This document shows positions 39,243-53,620 of a stretch of 64,000 nucleotides of DNA, in pieces. The translations under genes were made by a program, and so were the position numbers. The DNA lies in contig NC_043003.1 of assembly GCF_006345805.1 (NCBI RefSeq), forward strand, positions 73,036,001-73,100,000. Direction: 5' to 3'. Position 1 is the stretch's first letter. Every line of letters begins with the position of its first letter. The DNA is from Octopus sinensis. Lineage: Eukaryota. The notes beneath the pieces were generated by a model. That model was not told the origin of the DNA. It searched no databases and worked only from the letters and a program-made list of their open reading frames with translations.

Positions 39243-41699
39243 GTGTGTGTATGTGTAAGTATAGGTTGACCGTTGTATGCATAGGTGTGTGTGTGCAATA
39301 TAAATGTATGCATCTATCTGACATATACATTAGTAACTCGTTTATGGCACTGTGAGATTATTGTTTCGCATGTTTGTGGAGGAAGTATTGTGGCAGTGAT
39401 ACGTGAGTTGTGTAAGTCTGTGAGTTTGCGTACGCACACGCGCACACATATATATGTATACACACACGCACACAAACACATATATACACATATAAACACA
39501 CCCATATATGAGATAGTGACTCCATATATAGACCTTAAACCTCAAAGTTGTTCAAACAGAAATAGATAAAATGCAATACGTTCGGTGGAAGCTACTCAAA
39601 TAAAATTTAATAGAACAACAGGAATTAATTACCAACAACCCTATTTTTAATTTAATCATTTCGTAATTAAGATTGAAGCTTCATACAAGTATATTGACGT
39701 ATTATGCTCTGGGACACGTCTGTATCAACGATAGTGTATGTATTCGGCCGATACAGTTTATGAAAACAACAGCAGTAATGTAGAATTAGTTAATTAAGCA
39801 CGAAGAGTAAGAGAAACTTGCCTAAGGAGACAATGGAAAACATGCTGTAAAATACTGAGGTACAACTATCTGTCAATAAGTATTTTTGTACAATTTGAAG
39901 GTGACCTTCTCCAACAAATATTTTTTTATATAAATAATTTGGTAAACGTAATGCGCCACCCGGCTTGAACGCCCTTTTCCTTTGGTTCCTTTAACGGCGG
40001 TCATTCTGCTTCAAGTATTCTGGCCATGTTTTTTCTTTGCAGAGAATTTGTTCCATTCCTCCTGCTTGTCTCTGAGACTCTGGCCATGTTTTCTCTTTGC
40101 ATATAACCTGTTCTTTTTCACCAGCTTATCTTTGAGATTCTCAAAAAAATATACGGTTTGGGTACCGCCCTTCCCTCTAAATAAACGCAAAAGGTAGCGA
40201 ATATTGCATTCGCTATCATGTGACCAGAATAGTTACTTGATGCTTTTCTACACAGGAATTTTTTCAATTGTTCTATGAAGCCTCATGTGGATTCCTAAAT
40301 TGTAGCCACTTGTAGATTATAATAAGTTTCCTCAGTATCCAGATTTTATATTAGTTTGTTTAGCAACTGTAAATGTGAACTCTTTATCTTGTCACGTCTA
40401 ACGTCAATATCTTAGTTAACTCAGATAAAAGTTAGGTAGTAAGGTTAGTAAGGCGAGATATAACTGACTACTGTATGATACAAACAAACTATTATTATTG
40501 TTGTTATTGTTGACTATCATCACTCATTTCACATCCTTATCTGGGCTAACTTATTGTCAAAAACATTTCAGCCAGATTATGTGTGTCTGGAGACACAATT
40601 AATCCACCTTTATTTTATGTGCCATTCCCTCGACTCGGTAAATCAATCAGGGCAATTTTGATAGCTAAACAAGAACAACAATAACGATGTCTACAACAAT
40701 ATCAATATCTCTATACCGAATCGAAACTATGTCCCGTTATCTATCCAAAAATTTGCTCTCCAGGGATAACGAATGAGAAAAGAGATTATCATGCAATAGA
40801 AATAACATCGGTAGTGTTATGCAATGCAAACTGTATTGTTATATAATGGAAATACAACCAGCTTGATTTAGAGTTTAAAAAAAGAATAACAACATTGTCT
40901 TGATCCTGTAACTAGCAACGACTAAAGTAACCTGAGTTAAAATTAAGCCAATATAATATCAGGAATGCTTTGAAAAACCCTACTAATTTCGAAACTCAAT
41001 TGTTCCAGACAGAACATAAAGGATAGTTGCTGTATTTCACGCCTTCGTTTTACTTTAATATGTTATGAATATTCATACAGGTGGACGGTGATAGACTCTC
41101 ATTGTTCACTACATTGCTTAGTCGGTATTTTACCATAAATTTAATACCAACTAATCAGCACCCAGTTAACTCGAATGTTCGTCGTCTTACCTTCCTGACT
41201 AGCAACCTGTTCATTATACATATTTTTGACCATTTCGGAACAAGCTAAAAGACTAACAGGAGTATAAGAAGTCGCTTTAATAAAAGTTAACACTGCAAGG
41301 TGGTTGTATTTCTAATAATACATGATTAAAAAATAGATAATTCCATATGTATATAAATTTATAATTTAGAATAGGTTGGTAAACAATAATTTCGAAATAA
41401 ATATGATGATATTTCCTTGTTGGAGAAACAAACCAGCATCTCTTGTTCATTGGAAAACTTGTGATAAACGTCAAATGGATCGGATTGTGTTATCTGTGGA
41501 ATAATTTTTATTCTCAAATGAAAAAAAATCGAAAGAGTTTTAATGATATTCAAAATTTTATAAAGATTGATTTTGGTATAATTTAGTTTCTAAATGTTTT
41601 CAAAGTAACTGTTTATTGCTAACATCTCTTCCTTTTTTTACATCACTTTTATCCTGATTATCATGTCTGGATGCGTCAAGGGTAGCAGATGCTTAGTAA

Positions 41700-42480
41700 T
41701 TTGAAACGTCAAGTATTATTGCAAAGGTCTGTTTGACACCTTCAAAGGCATCACCAATCTGAACTTCTGATGCTTGGTTTTCCATGGTGGCATCAAGTGC
41801 ATTTCGGGTTGTATATTTGAGGTAATTATCTCAAATACTTATCGGATATGTGAAAATGATCAGCGCCCTTTTACTCCAAACTGGTTGACAAATAATTGCT
41901 GAACTGCTTCCTGACCAACATCAATCAGTCCACCTACTGCCGAGTTATTGGTATCGACTACAACTAAAGCTCTAACAGAAGATATGGCATTTAGTTATGT
42001 GGAGATCTGTCCAGTGCCCCCAGAATGATGCACACTAAGTTTTCAGCATCTGTGATGGCTTTGGAAATGTGAGTAACGAAAGTATTGTCGTTCCACCTCA
42101 CATCTTTCCACGGGGTCACGAAATCAATGTTGTTGACTGGAGACAATTGTTAAGCTATGGGTTGATGAAGTAGAAAGCCATATAGAAAGCCATACGTTCA
42201 ACAAGATCTCACAAAGCCTATGTGACCAAAGACTAGATGTAAGACAATTTTTACGATTACCAAACTTGTGACCTCCAAACTCGCAAGATTCATATCCTAT
42301 GGACTACTACATTTAGGGAGTTGCTGAAATTGATTTCTTCACTATACCATGACTTCACTGAAAAACCATCGGTATCCTGCTGATACCTGAAAGGAATGAG
42401 GATTATTCAGTGCAGGAATGTCAACGATTCCGATTCCGCATGGAAGTGGTCATCGAAACTGAAGGTGAATTCATAAAATA
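41700..42480 (+). mobile_element. Tc1/mariner (maT-like) transposase 3' fragment
   Basis: PY.VQQD and NL*PPNSQDSYPMDYYI*GV, a degraded WPPxSPDLNPxDY motif. Confidence 0.6.
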
Positions 42481-43599
42481 ATGTTAAAAGAAAACTTATT
42501 GAGAACATATGCACAACTTTTATAAAAAAAAAAACATACATTTAGTTTTTGCTATATTAGAGTTCTTTTTATTAACTTACCAAATATGTTCTCAAATGTT
42601 TCTTGCACAGGGTATATACGCCAGTTGCGAGTAGAGGTTAGGGTTAGGGTTAAACGGTATTCAGTTAATCGAAATCAAGTGGGGAATCCGTTATGAGATA
42701 AATCTTTGTTCGCCATATCATTCAAATTCAAACCCTTCTAAAAAATATTTAAATAAAAATGAAAAATGTCTCTATATAACCAAGTTGGCTAGAATGAAAT
42801 TTTAATACCCCCTCCCTTTAATGTATCTATATTTAATACAATTGATTAATTATTCATCAACAGACTCAATTTTAACTTTGTGCAAAGTAGTCATATTTAT
42901 TTTTTTGATTATTAATCATTTGTACTGTATCACTTTTTACTATTTGGCATAAAAATAACATTGAAAAGATTGGAAACTATAAGTAGAATTTACTAATTGA
43001 TGAGCTTAAAATGGCATATGTATTTTAAACTTAAGCGCAATGTTATTTTCGAAGACTTTTTTTTGTTAAATGTGAATGAAAACTGATAATATCCTTTGCA
43101 GCTAAACTCAGATCTAAAACCACTATTTTTTGTACTTGAATTTGCATTTAAAAATGCTGATTTTCATCTAAAATCCTCCATCTAAATATGGTTTACTAAA
43201 TATATTTGGTTTTAGAATATTGGAAAATCGGAAAATCATTAAAAATATTAAAATTCCTAAAGTAATTCAAAAATTATAAAAGCACACACACATCCAGGTG
43301 AAAGTAACTCGAAAATACGACTGGATAAAAGCCGCTTAAAACTTGGAACCAAATCAACGCTACCTTTCTTGTCTGCACTTTTACTGAAGTTGATTTCCAT
43401 ACCAGGTCGAGTCCAAGTCTTTTCGAATTTTCAGTGATGATTTTTGGTAACTTGTATCTTCATGTTATGTAATTAATTTGATACAATTTTTGCAATCGCT
43501 GCTGAATCGTGTGTTCTTCATTTTCATTTATATATGTAAGCATTAAGCGTTTATTCTTTTTATTTTAAAGCTTTGATAATGAGTGGGGTGAATTGCAAT

Positions 43600-44350
43600 T
43601 GAAGTCATATTACGCTACAAGTGAAAAAAGTGCAAGGGCAACGGAAAAAGAAATTAACGATGTGGACATGAACGTACGTGTGGAATAAAACGGGGTTCAG
43701 ATGTTTCAAGGAAAGTGTTATCAGCCTTAAGACGAACCAAAGTCAGGGAAACCTGTTGTGAAAAGGAGACCTTCTGTTGCCCAAAATTGTTGAACAATAG
43801 CCAAGGAAAAGCATACCTTTCATAAAGCACCATCAATCGACATCTCCTTAAACTCGACCTTGTAAACAGGGGCTATTGAGAAGGTCTTCATAAACTCCCC
43901 GTGAGCAGGGTCCACGACATGCGAACATTTGCAAACAAATACTGGTAGATCCCCTAGATGACACTTATTGGCGTTACATAGTAACTAGGGATGCAAACTG
44001 GATTTATTTTAGTAATGCTATACGAAATCAATGGTTGAGTTTCGGCCAAACTCCAAAACCTGATTTCAAACAAGGGCCATTTGAACAGAAGGCCATCTGG
44101 AAGAGCTAAATGGAATTTCGATAGAGTGTTGCACTTTGAGTTTGTCCCAATGTTTATGTTGTGAAATCTTAACCTTATGCTCAACAATTGCAGCAAGTAT
44201 AAGACACTTTGAAAGCCTCCTACCCGGCACTGGTAAATCGAAGACGCGCAGTTACCCCGCATATAATACCAATTTGAGGAAGCGTAAACACGAGGAGCTT
44301 CAGGGGCTGGAAATGCTGATCCACCCTGCCGGAAGATATTTTGAGGAGCT
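43600..44350 (+). mobile_element. mariner transposase remnant
   Basis: SARATEKEIN...DEPKSGKP, YWRYIVTRDANWIYFSN (IVTGDEKW-like), WNFDRVLHFEFVP, EELQGLEMLIHPA. Confidence 0.7.
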
Positions 44351-45033
44351 AACACTTTTCGTATATAATTTGATTTAACTATTAATTAAAGCTTGAAATA
44401 CGAAAAAATATTAAACTCAACCCGGTTAATATCAATGTCAAACGTTAGTAGGGGTCACTGTCAAAAGTGACGACGTTTTACTTCATGAGTTTCTTTGTGC
44501 TGTATTGATTTTTATGCAGTCTTCAGTATTAGCTTTATCTCATTTAGATATTTTCGGAATAACTGAGATTATGTTGGTTTAATGAAATTACAGGACATCA
44601 CATTCTTTCCGATTCGACCACTTTTTTGCCTTAATATTTTCTACTGCTCCTATTTCATCTTAGTTTATATATTTTATGTAAGAATTATTCCCCAACATGA
44701 TTGCTACAAATAGCACATATGTGGTTTCAGGCGATTTTTACACCTTTTTTATATAGCAATAACTTTTTCGAGGTTTGTATAATTAGATTTCTTTGATCCG
44801 GGTCTTTTATTTAAGAACAATAGTAACAAATATAGTTAGGAAATGATGAAAATCTACTGTTTAGAATTCACATCTGTGTCTTATTTTCTTGTTTCTGAAC
44901 ATATATTTCATCGTTACTTTTTATTTTACCGATACCTTTTCCAATATAATATCCCAGAATATAGTGGTAGATCGATCCATGTAAGCAACTGGTACTTAAT
45001 TTATCGACCCCGAAAGGATGAAAGGCAAAGTTG

Positions 45034-45133
<100 letters not shown>

Positions 45134-45643
45134 AATAAGCAAAAACGGAAGACAAACCACTCAGGATGGTCAGCAGTATCGATTGGATAAAAAACCCAAT
45201 TAAATGACTACTAAGTGCCATAAAAAAAAAAGGTTTCTAATTTATTGAAATTATTTTCGCTTCGAGAAGAAAATAAACGCCTAGTGATAACTGAAACAGA
45301 ATCCAAATGAGAAGGAGAAATAATCAAGAATTTCTCCTGAATTGACTTGTCATTAACGAAAAGATTTCACCTATACACAGGGGCTGGGGTAGTTCTGGAA
45401 AGGAATTTCTATCTAAATGGGCGAAGCGAAGTGCGTTTCTCTAAATCACGGATTTATTTTGTAGGTATTTAGTATAAGTTTCTTTATGGTTTTATATTTC
45501 TATCTAATCAGTCTATTTATCTACTTACTAGCTGTCTAGCTGTCTATTTGTTTGTTAAGCTAGCTACCGAGCTAGCTCTGCTAGCACACACAACCTTGTA
45601 TATATATATGTTCCTTTACTTATTTTGGTTTGTTTACTTGTAG

Positions 45644-45967
45644 CTTTAACTTTAATGCAAGATGGAGCCAACCTGAACAAAATAATTTGTCAGGGGAATA
45701 ATATAGCCGAATTTACGAAGCTAACAGTATACGCCGCAGCAAATTTTAACGATGAACCTGAACTTAAAATAGTTTGTAACCACACATCATGTGAAACAAG
45801 TAGTTGGTGGTCTGCCAGAGTACAGATAGACTTAATCATCAACGATACGATTGTACAAACTTCCCTGACCTTCTCATCTGATACATGCTCGGTTTCTAAA
45901 CAATTCAGCTGCTTTTTGTCCTCCGATGACGATGAATTAGTAGATTCGAAAACGTTTACTATCATAG
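45644..45967 (+). CDS. Host gene exon: Ig-like domain 1 (108 codons)
   Basis: Acceptor ttgtttacttgtag, donor G|GTAAGG, symmetric phase 1. Translates LTLMQDGANLNKIICQG...SSWWSARVQIDL...KQFSCFLSS...FTII, with Cys/Trp/Cys spacing and beta-strand pattern consistent with an Ig fold. Confidence 0.72.
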
Positions 45968-46479
45968 GTAAGGTATTTTATATCTATCACATAATTCCTG
46001 TTTCCTATTACAACCCTTAGGTATTTTATTGGGAAGTTGCATGCAATTATTCCCATCTGTATTATTGATATTTACAACGAATTCGCCCATCATTAGAAAT
46101 ATATGATGCTAGGGCCACTTCTACCCCTCATCATCAGCATTGTAATCATTGTCATCGTAGGTGTCAGAACTACTCATCAAGACGATTCTTCTTTCCATCA
46201 TTGCCATCATCAACAATCCAACCAAGCAGTCAGGAATATAATTTTCAACAATATCGACTGAAGAATTATCTGTACGCAAAATAAAATGTATGGATTCATA
46301 CGAAACTTTGTGATATATTTTAAAACGTTTAAACAGTAAACCCCTACATTGAAGATAGTCGTCATTTTTGTTTAATCTCAGATCAGCGTCGATCGGGAAG
46401 TCATAGGATTAATGGTATTCCAACCGTCAAAATCATTTTCTTTCCCTTTCAGAAGCAGCGTATCTTGGAATCGTTGATC

Positions 46480-47000
46480 GAAAGCCATCTTTTAAGATGT
46501 TAGGATATAATATAAAAGACATTTCAGTACTATTCCCGGCAGATCGAGTAATAGGCGTTTATCTCCTCGATATCTCGAAGTAGTTTTCTCGATGTCTCGC
46601 CAAAAGGATTCTTCGATGGAGCGTGAAGTTAGTTTGTCAAAAATTAGAACTCTGAATGACAAATGAATTTCATTTTGCATCACTCGAAAAAAGAGGATCT
46701 TCTGCAACTCACACAACATCGCACACATACCTTCCATGAAGATAATGTTACTTATAAACTGATGGCATTTTATTTTCCAAGTCTTTCACTCATCAAATCA
46801 CATCCTATATTCCACACACATATATACTGTTTTCAAATTTTGGCACAAGACCAACAATTTCACGGAAGAAGATAAGTCGATTACATACAACAAACATCTT
46901 CCGCAGCATCGATATGATTTCATCTTTTTTCTTCTTCATAGGCTCTGTCACGCAACATTTCGGCACACTCTTGAAACAGCTGCATGAGAAATTATGTAAT
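46480..47000 (-). mobile_element. mariner remnant
   Basis: Reverse-strand fragments resembling the EDPFF...DEKW and LxxWWDxxGI regions; degraded. Confidence 0.4.
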
Positions 47001-47699
47001 GTTACTCTCTAAAATTCTTAGATCTCGCGTAGATTCTCTCTTCAGGAATGCGATATTTCCTGACCTTGTTGGTTTAAGCAGTATTATATTGGAGGCTTGA
47101 TAGTTATGAGCTTAAAACAAATTAGCATTATACTAATTCCATATTGCTACCATACTTGATCACAACAACGATATCTTGTAATCTTTTGATATCATCTGTA
47201 TACTAGATCGCTTTTGAAATATTAGTAATGTTTGTATTTCTGTTTGAATGGCTGTGCTGAGACTCGTCTATACAAAGGTTGCAATTACTAAAAACAATAG
47301 TAGACATTAGAGAGACCATGAATTATTTAATTTCTCTTAATACTTACCAATGGCTGAAATGATTGACAATTGTTTTTTAAATATATCTAAAACTAGTTTT
47401 CAATCATTCCAACGAGACTATGATCACTTAACATGTATTATATTATCCCACTTTTCATTTCTAGAAACCATTGCTAAGTGTAATTGTATCATTCAATTAT
47501 GAATTGAGCCACACTTTTGACTCCCAATCGTGAACTGAAATAGAATTATCTGAACAGAAACTGTTCTGAATGTCACTTCCGAAAGTTTTAACATCTTCAA
47601 GTTCATCATTATCAGCTCATTTAAAATTGCTCATATACACCTCCTACTCACGCACGCACATGCACATACACATATACATTAGTGACAAACTGGATGAAT

Positions 47700-48290
47700 G
47701 AATTCTCATTGCCGAAGTGGTGGTCATATGCTCCATACTGCTTATGAATTAAATGTTTCACTGGCACAAGATGTCCAAGGGAGGTAGAGGGAAGGTGAGA
47801 TGTGATGAGAGGTGTGGGAGGGAGAAGGACATCAGAACCTCAGAACTGCTTGAGAAACTTCACAATTTTTTGGATGCAGACTGTCGTGCTTTTAGAAAGA
47901 CTATATGCATAGAGTCTGTAGAGTCTGTAGTTGGTGTGGCGACTGTGCACAAAATTATTAATGAACATCTGAAAAACAAAATTTGTGCAACGTTTGTTCC
48001 CAATGTGCACAGTGGCCTCTATCTTGGTAACCAACTAGTTTACAGAGATATGTATCAAAATAGTCATTTACTTTCAGTCCAGACCTTGCTCCCTGTGATT
48101 TTGGTTGTTCCCCGAGCTGACACAGAACTTAAGGGACATTCGTTTTGAAGATGAAGGAAGTGGTGACAAGGTTTTCGAACACCTTCACTTTACAGGAGCT
48201 CGATAGGGCCTTCACAAAGTGACTGGAATGCTACAACAGGTGCACTGATGTCAGAAGATCCTTCTTTAAAGGTGTCTAGATCTTTGTACT
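47700..48290 (+). mobile_element. Internally deleted mariner
   Basis: VFHWHK..K.GR..V.CDERCGR...RT.ELLEK..., VATVHKIINEHL..KICATFVP, then a PCDF/ELKGHSF-like C-terminal region. Confidence 0.65.
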
Positions 48291-49211
48291 TTGAAATTAA
48301 TGAATACATATCTTGAAAATGTTTGAATACTTCAAGATATACCTTGTACATGTCTAATTTAGTGAATTTTCATATGAATTTCCACAAGAGAGGTGGTTTG
48401 TCAGAATGGTTAAGCTGTCAGATAAAATTCACTGCCGAGCGTTTTTGTGGCCCTTCGTATGTTGAATTTAAAACTCACTGAACTATTTTTATGTCTTACA
48501 TTCTATGGGTTCCTTAAAGTGAATTAGTGAAGCCTCTTTTATCCTCCGTGCTAATCTTGAAATTGCGTAGAATACTGCCGGTGACAGAGAACAACCAAAT
48601 ACAAACATTTCCGGTAGTACTCAATAGTCTTAAGGCGCTAGCTTCCTCATGTTTTGTTGCTAATGCTGTGTAAATTATATTGAATAGCTTTCTCAGTTTC
48701 GATTTAGAAGTTTGAATGAGTCTGCAGTTTCATTAAGAGATAAAAATTGTACTAAGATCCTTAAGCATTATAGAAGCTTCACATTGAGATAAATATTGTA
48801 TTTCACACACACACACAGGCTCACACAAAAGCATGCATGCACATACACTCACACAAGTGTATGAAACTTAAAAACAGCAGATAATATATAAATATTAAAT
48901 AAAAATGTTATGTATGTATGTTTTCCTTTTTGCTACGTTATCAATTATATGTACGTATTCTTTTACTAATTAACAATGACAAATATTCAACAGCTCATGA
49001 CATAGTCACAAAAATACATAATTGCAAATTGTTAGTAAATGTGTAATATATGCATTTGCGATGAGAATAAGAACTAATTTCTGTAAGATATATCAAACAA
49101 TGTACATAATAAACACAGAATACTTTTATACATATATACACAGGCGTCGTGAGCACCGCCAGCAATATTTTTTCCTCTGTCTTCCCTTCTCGGGATCTTT
49201 CCTTCTCCTTT

Positions 49212-49246
49212 GTTTCCGACGAAGAGCTCCGCTCGAAACGTTAAAC
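49212..49246 (+). ncRNA. Minimal hammerhead motif with U4C core change
   Basis: gttt-CCGACGA-a-gagc-tcc-gctc-GAAAC-GTT-aaac. Confidence 0.58.
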
Positions 49247-49341
49247 CCTCCTTCTTCCCTTCTTTCCTGAGCGTCCAATAATACTTTATTTGTTCCACGT
49301 CCTCGCGTTGCTGTTTTTTTTGTGTTTTCTTGTTTGGATTA

Positions 49342-49493
<152 letters not shown>

Positions 49494-49580
49494 GTATATA
49501 TGTATATTAAGCAAAATGAGATAGCAAAGCTAAGGCTGTGAGGAGTTTTCATGACATTTATTAGGAAAAAGATATAGATA

Positions 49581-49631
49581 TCGTCTTATAGCTGTTTCTG
49601 GGATATTAGGGATATCCTTCATCAGAGACGA
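49581..49631 (-). ncRNA. Hammerhead motif, decayed cleavage site
   Basis: The reverse strand reads tcgtct-CTGATGA-a-ggatat...atatcc-ca-GAAACAGCTATA-agacga. Stem I is a perfect 6 bp; stem III is one change from ACAGCTGT. Confidence 0.55.
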
Positions 49632-49640
49632 TGTATGATA

Positions 49641-49875
49641 AGACGGCGAGCTGGCAGAAACATTAGAATGCCGGGCGAAATGCTTAGTGATATCTTGTCT
49701 GCCGTTACGTTCTAAGTTCAAATCCCGCCGAGGTCGACTTTGCCTTTCATCCTTTTGGGATCGATAAATTAAGTACCAGTTACATACTGGAGTCGATGTA
49801 ATAGACTTAATCCGTTTGTCTGGCCCTGTTTGTCCCCTCTCTGTTTAGCCCCTTGTGGGCAATAAAGTTATAAGA
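49641..49875 (+). mobile_element. tRNA-derived SINE, family 1 (near full length)
   Basis: ggcgagctggcagaaac A-box-like head, gttcaaatccc B box, body gtcgactttgcctttcatcc...gataaattaagtaccag. Other copies lie at 3545-3765, 11820-11900, 14790-14885, 19590-19755, 20490-20600, 50760-50885 and 54830-55030. Confidence 0.8.
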
Positions 49876-50042
49876 GACGATGTGAGATGGTTAAATAGAG
49901 GTAAATATTTGAGTTCGAAATAAAAAATTATGGAAAAGGAGGAGATAGGGAATGTAGAGGGAAATAAGAGAATGAAAATAGAAATAAAAATATAAAATAT
50001 ACAAAGATATATTTTTTATCTTTATATAATATTTTGTGTGTA

Positions 50043-50090
<48 letters not shown>

Positions 50091-51537
50091 TGTTTGGTAA
50101 TGAGTACAAAAGAAGACAACACGTATGGAAATTATCTTTCGAGAGATGGTACGTATTTGATATGTTTAGCGTCACGATTTCAATGTTTTCGGGACTCATT
50201 CAACTGAAGTGAAGCCAAAAATATTCACAATCTCTTTCAGTCATATCTTAATATACAGAATAGCCTCTCCTGTAACATAATTTACCAATTATTGCCAGAG
50301 GAAACTTTATTTATCACATTATAGAACATAGGTTATTGAATTGAATATAATTACATATATTCAACCATGATATAAAAACCCTTCCGGGTTGTAGCATTTG
50401 CAACTATTTAGTCCTATGTTGTGATAATACTCATAAAGTTAAAGATGAACCTTTTAGATACGTGATTATTCGAAAGGGTTTTTTTTAATATTTTTTCAAA
50501 CGAGAGCCGTACAAATTCTTAATATACGTCTTTCCTGCTCCAAGTCATTGTCTGTTTACAAAACCTATATAAATATTTTTATGATCTGAGATCAAATCTT
50601 ACTCAGATCTATTATGCGTTAAATCTTTCTCGGGAATGGGGTTGTCTATAAATTAGCATATCTGTCTAGTACTGGGATGTATTTAAGCGAACATTCTGTT
50701 CTCAAATATTTGCCCTTGTGCTAATTTTAGAAATTAATGTTGCTGATTCATAACTCTTTCTACCATAGAAACAAGGCCGTAAATTTTATGGGGAAGGGAG
50801 CTAATCGATTACATCAACCTTATTGCTCACCCGGTGCATATTTTATCGATGAAAGACAAAGTAACCTCGGCGGAATTTGAAACCTTTCGTATTTAGGCCA
50901 TAGTTATATTATATTGGAAAGGGTCAATCTATTAAATAAAACCCAATACTTATTTGGTATTCAATCAATATCTCAATACAAAATATAAGAATTATGTTGT
51001 AAAAGAACATAACTAAAAAAATTGCATTTGATTTTGCAATTCTGGCTCTTCACCCTGAAATGTTTGTAAAATATAGATTAATTACTTAGAGACATCCGTT
51101 GCATAAACAAACAATAGTTAAGTTAGTGTTAATGTATATAATGTAGTGAAGCTGGACAAAAATTAGAAATAATTATGCACCGAGGAAAAGATAGCATGAA
51201 GTAAATGACTTATAATTTTGGTTAGCATGCATGACAACTCTATATATGGGGAAGTATTTTTAACCCTAAAAATCGAAATATAGGCTTTACAGTATATGTC
51301 AAAATGATAACGAAATACTAACATAGTTAACAGCAAAACAGTCACAGTCTCTCTCCCAAGAAAGCTTCTTATCCTGACATTCCACACAATAAGTTCGACA
51401 ATATGAATATTTGTTCTATGATGCATTCGTTTTTAGTCAGTTTTCACCTCTACTCTACAACAAATGTGCTGTACTATTCAAATATAAGAAATCCTTATTG
51501 AAATATGTTTATTTTTTGTTATATATTAATGTTCCAG

Positions 51538-51858
51538 TTCCTCCGAAAACAGCCATATTAAAACATAAGAAAGGAATATCAGCAAACTGGCAGACAGATA
51601 TCGAGTGTTTCATTATTGGAGCCAAACCTTCAGCTGTTTGGCTAGAAACACGACAGATTTTATTAACCAATTTCAGCGAGTATAAAACTTCAGTGTATAC
51701 AGATATTCAAAAAGATGGATGCTTTTATAAAAGTCACTACCGATTTGCTGTCAAATTCCCTAATTCTTTCAACTTATCGACAATTCGCTGCGCTCTGAAT
51801 ATCACCTCAAACTACAAAACCTTTTTTACTAACGAAAACGAACTGAAATTAATACCAG
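51538..51858 (+). CDS. Host gene exon: Ig-like domain 2, C2-set-like (107 codons)
   Basis: Acceptor attaatgttccag, donor G|GTACGT, symmetric phase 1. VPPKTAIL...[14 protein letters not shown]...STIRCAL matches the VPP..C...GxKP...W...C pattern of C2-set Ig domains. Confidence 0.8.
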
Positions 51859-51901
51859 GTACGTATAATTCTTAGAATATCTCTCTATTTTCTATCCACA
51901 G

Positions 51902-52045
<144 letters not shown>

Positions 52046-53079
52046 GTCTGTCACTTTGTCTGTCCGTCCGTTATTCTCGGTGCGTGAATACATGGGGGTA
52101 CATTTTATTATGTTTGTAAGCACCGATGTTAGCTTGCCATTGCCAAATGTCGCAAGGAGATACAAATGTGACCCAGAATGCTTGAACGAAAGAGTTCCAG
52201 GCACACTTTGAACAAACAGGGATGAATCAAGAGATCAAAGACTGAAAAAATTAGAACTTGAATTGAGTATCAGGTAGGGAAACATCAGCCTTTAATCTGT
52301 TTCTCACTTACATTCACTGTCTTGCTCAGCTATCATAATTTCTGCTTCTTAACCCAGGAAAAATTGAATTGTACTAATTCTTATTCTTTATCTTGCCCTA
52401 ATTCCTCCTCTTACCGCTCTATTTCCCATCCTCGACTCTTCTTGTCAAGTTATTTATTTTATTTTGACATTTTGATGTGTTTATGATATCCGAATATTCA
52501 TTTAAGTATAAATACATGTTTTAGTATACATTCAAAATGTCTGCTTTTAATGTATTTTAATTCTTCTTCTTCTTCTTCTTCTTCTTCTTCTTCTTCTTCT
52601 TCTTCTTCTTCTTCTTCTTCTTCTTCTCCTCCTCCTCCTCCTCCTCCTCCTTCTTCTTCTTCATCTTCTCATCCACCCCCTTCTCCTCCTCCTCCTCCTC
52701 CTTCATCTCCTCCTCCTCACCTCCTCCTCCTTCATCTCCTCCTCCTCCTCCTTCTTCTTCTTCATCTCCTCCTCCTCCTCCTTCTTCTCCACCTTCTTCT
52801 TTTTCTTATTCTTCTTGGAGTGGGGATTAGTTAGCCAGCTAGAACGGGCGATTAGGAAAGTGCCAGCGACAAGAATGGCCCTTGACCAAGTAGCGAAGAG
52901 AGCATTTTTAGATTCAAGGCTTGTGCGCTAAAAAGACTTACGAATACCAAAGCTGCTCATTTGGTTGGTTTAGCGAAAACATAATCATGTGTCGGTCTTT
53001 AATTGATCGGGACGGCATGTGAAATTCGATTTTAATGGTATGTATGCAGCTTTGTATGAACAGTTTTCAACAGTTTGAG

Positions 53080-53620
53080 GTGAGCAATGTGCCGCCTCGA
53101 CATGAAGTACTATGTAAGACCAGTGAGATACGAAAGGCTCTGAAAGGTTGCATGAGAGACGAAATGTCCCGTTTTGATGGTTACCCATTTGTTGGCTAGT
53201 CCTTTTTATGGTCACACGTGAAACTTATTTAGAGATCTCTTGATAGACAACTATTGCAGATACTAACAGAACGGGGTAATTCACATTTCTGAGCTGGGGC
53301 GCAGTCGAACTGTTGAAAGGGAACGTCCAAAAAGACGATCTCATCGGAAAGAAACTACTGTTATCGAAACAGCAGGATTCGTTCCATTTTAGGAGGTTGT
53401 GTAGTAGCTGTATCTGCTTGCAGAGACCTTACCTCTTGGAACAATTTCTTTTCACAGGCTCAACCTGAAAGAGTGTTACCTCTCTTGTATGTGCTAGCAC
53501 TCGTGACATTATTGTCAAGCTGTCGAGGAGCATAAAGAAATACGACGTAGATTCAGGAGTGAAGTTTAACTTAGTCATGCAGGAGGGCGTACAGCTCAGA
53601 ACGTAAAATTACAAGTTTAT
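53080..53620 (+). mobile_element. Degraded L1/Tx1-like RT fragment
   Basis: EIRKALKGCMRDEMSRFDGYP (KSPGxDG-like) and PLLYVLAL. Confidence 0.45.

Noticed and set aside
40015-40105. Repeat tggccatgtttt.tctttgca at 60-bp spacing, as a CRISPR-like array
   Set aside because: Only two units, in eukaryotic context with no cas genes. It is a simple local duplication.
42636-42652. GGTTAGGGTTAGGGTTA telomere-like repeat
   Set aside because: Under three units; too short to indicate an interstitial telomere.
47020-47050. Reverse-strand CTGAAGAG, and similarly CTGATGA at about 25155 and 22949
   Set aside because: No GAAA at a compatible position after a paired stem II, so not called hammerheads.
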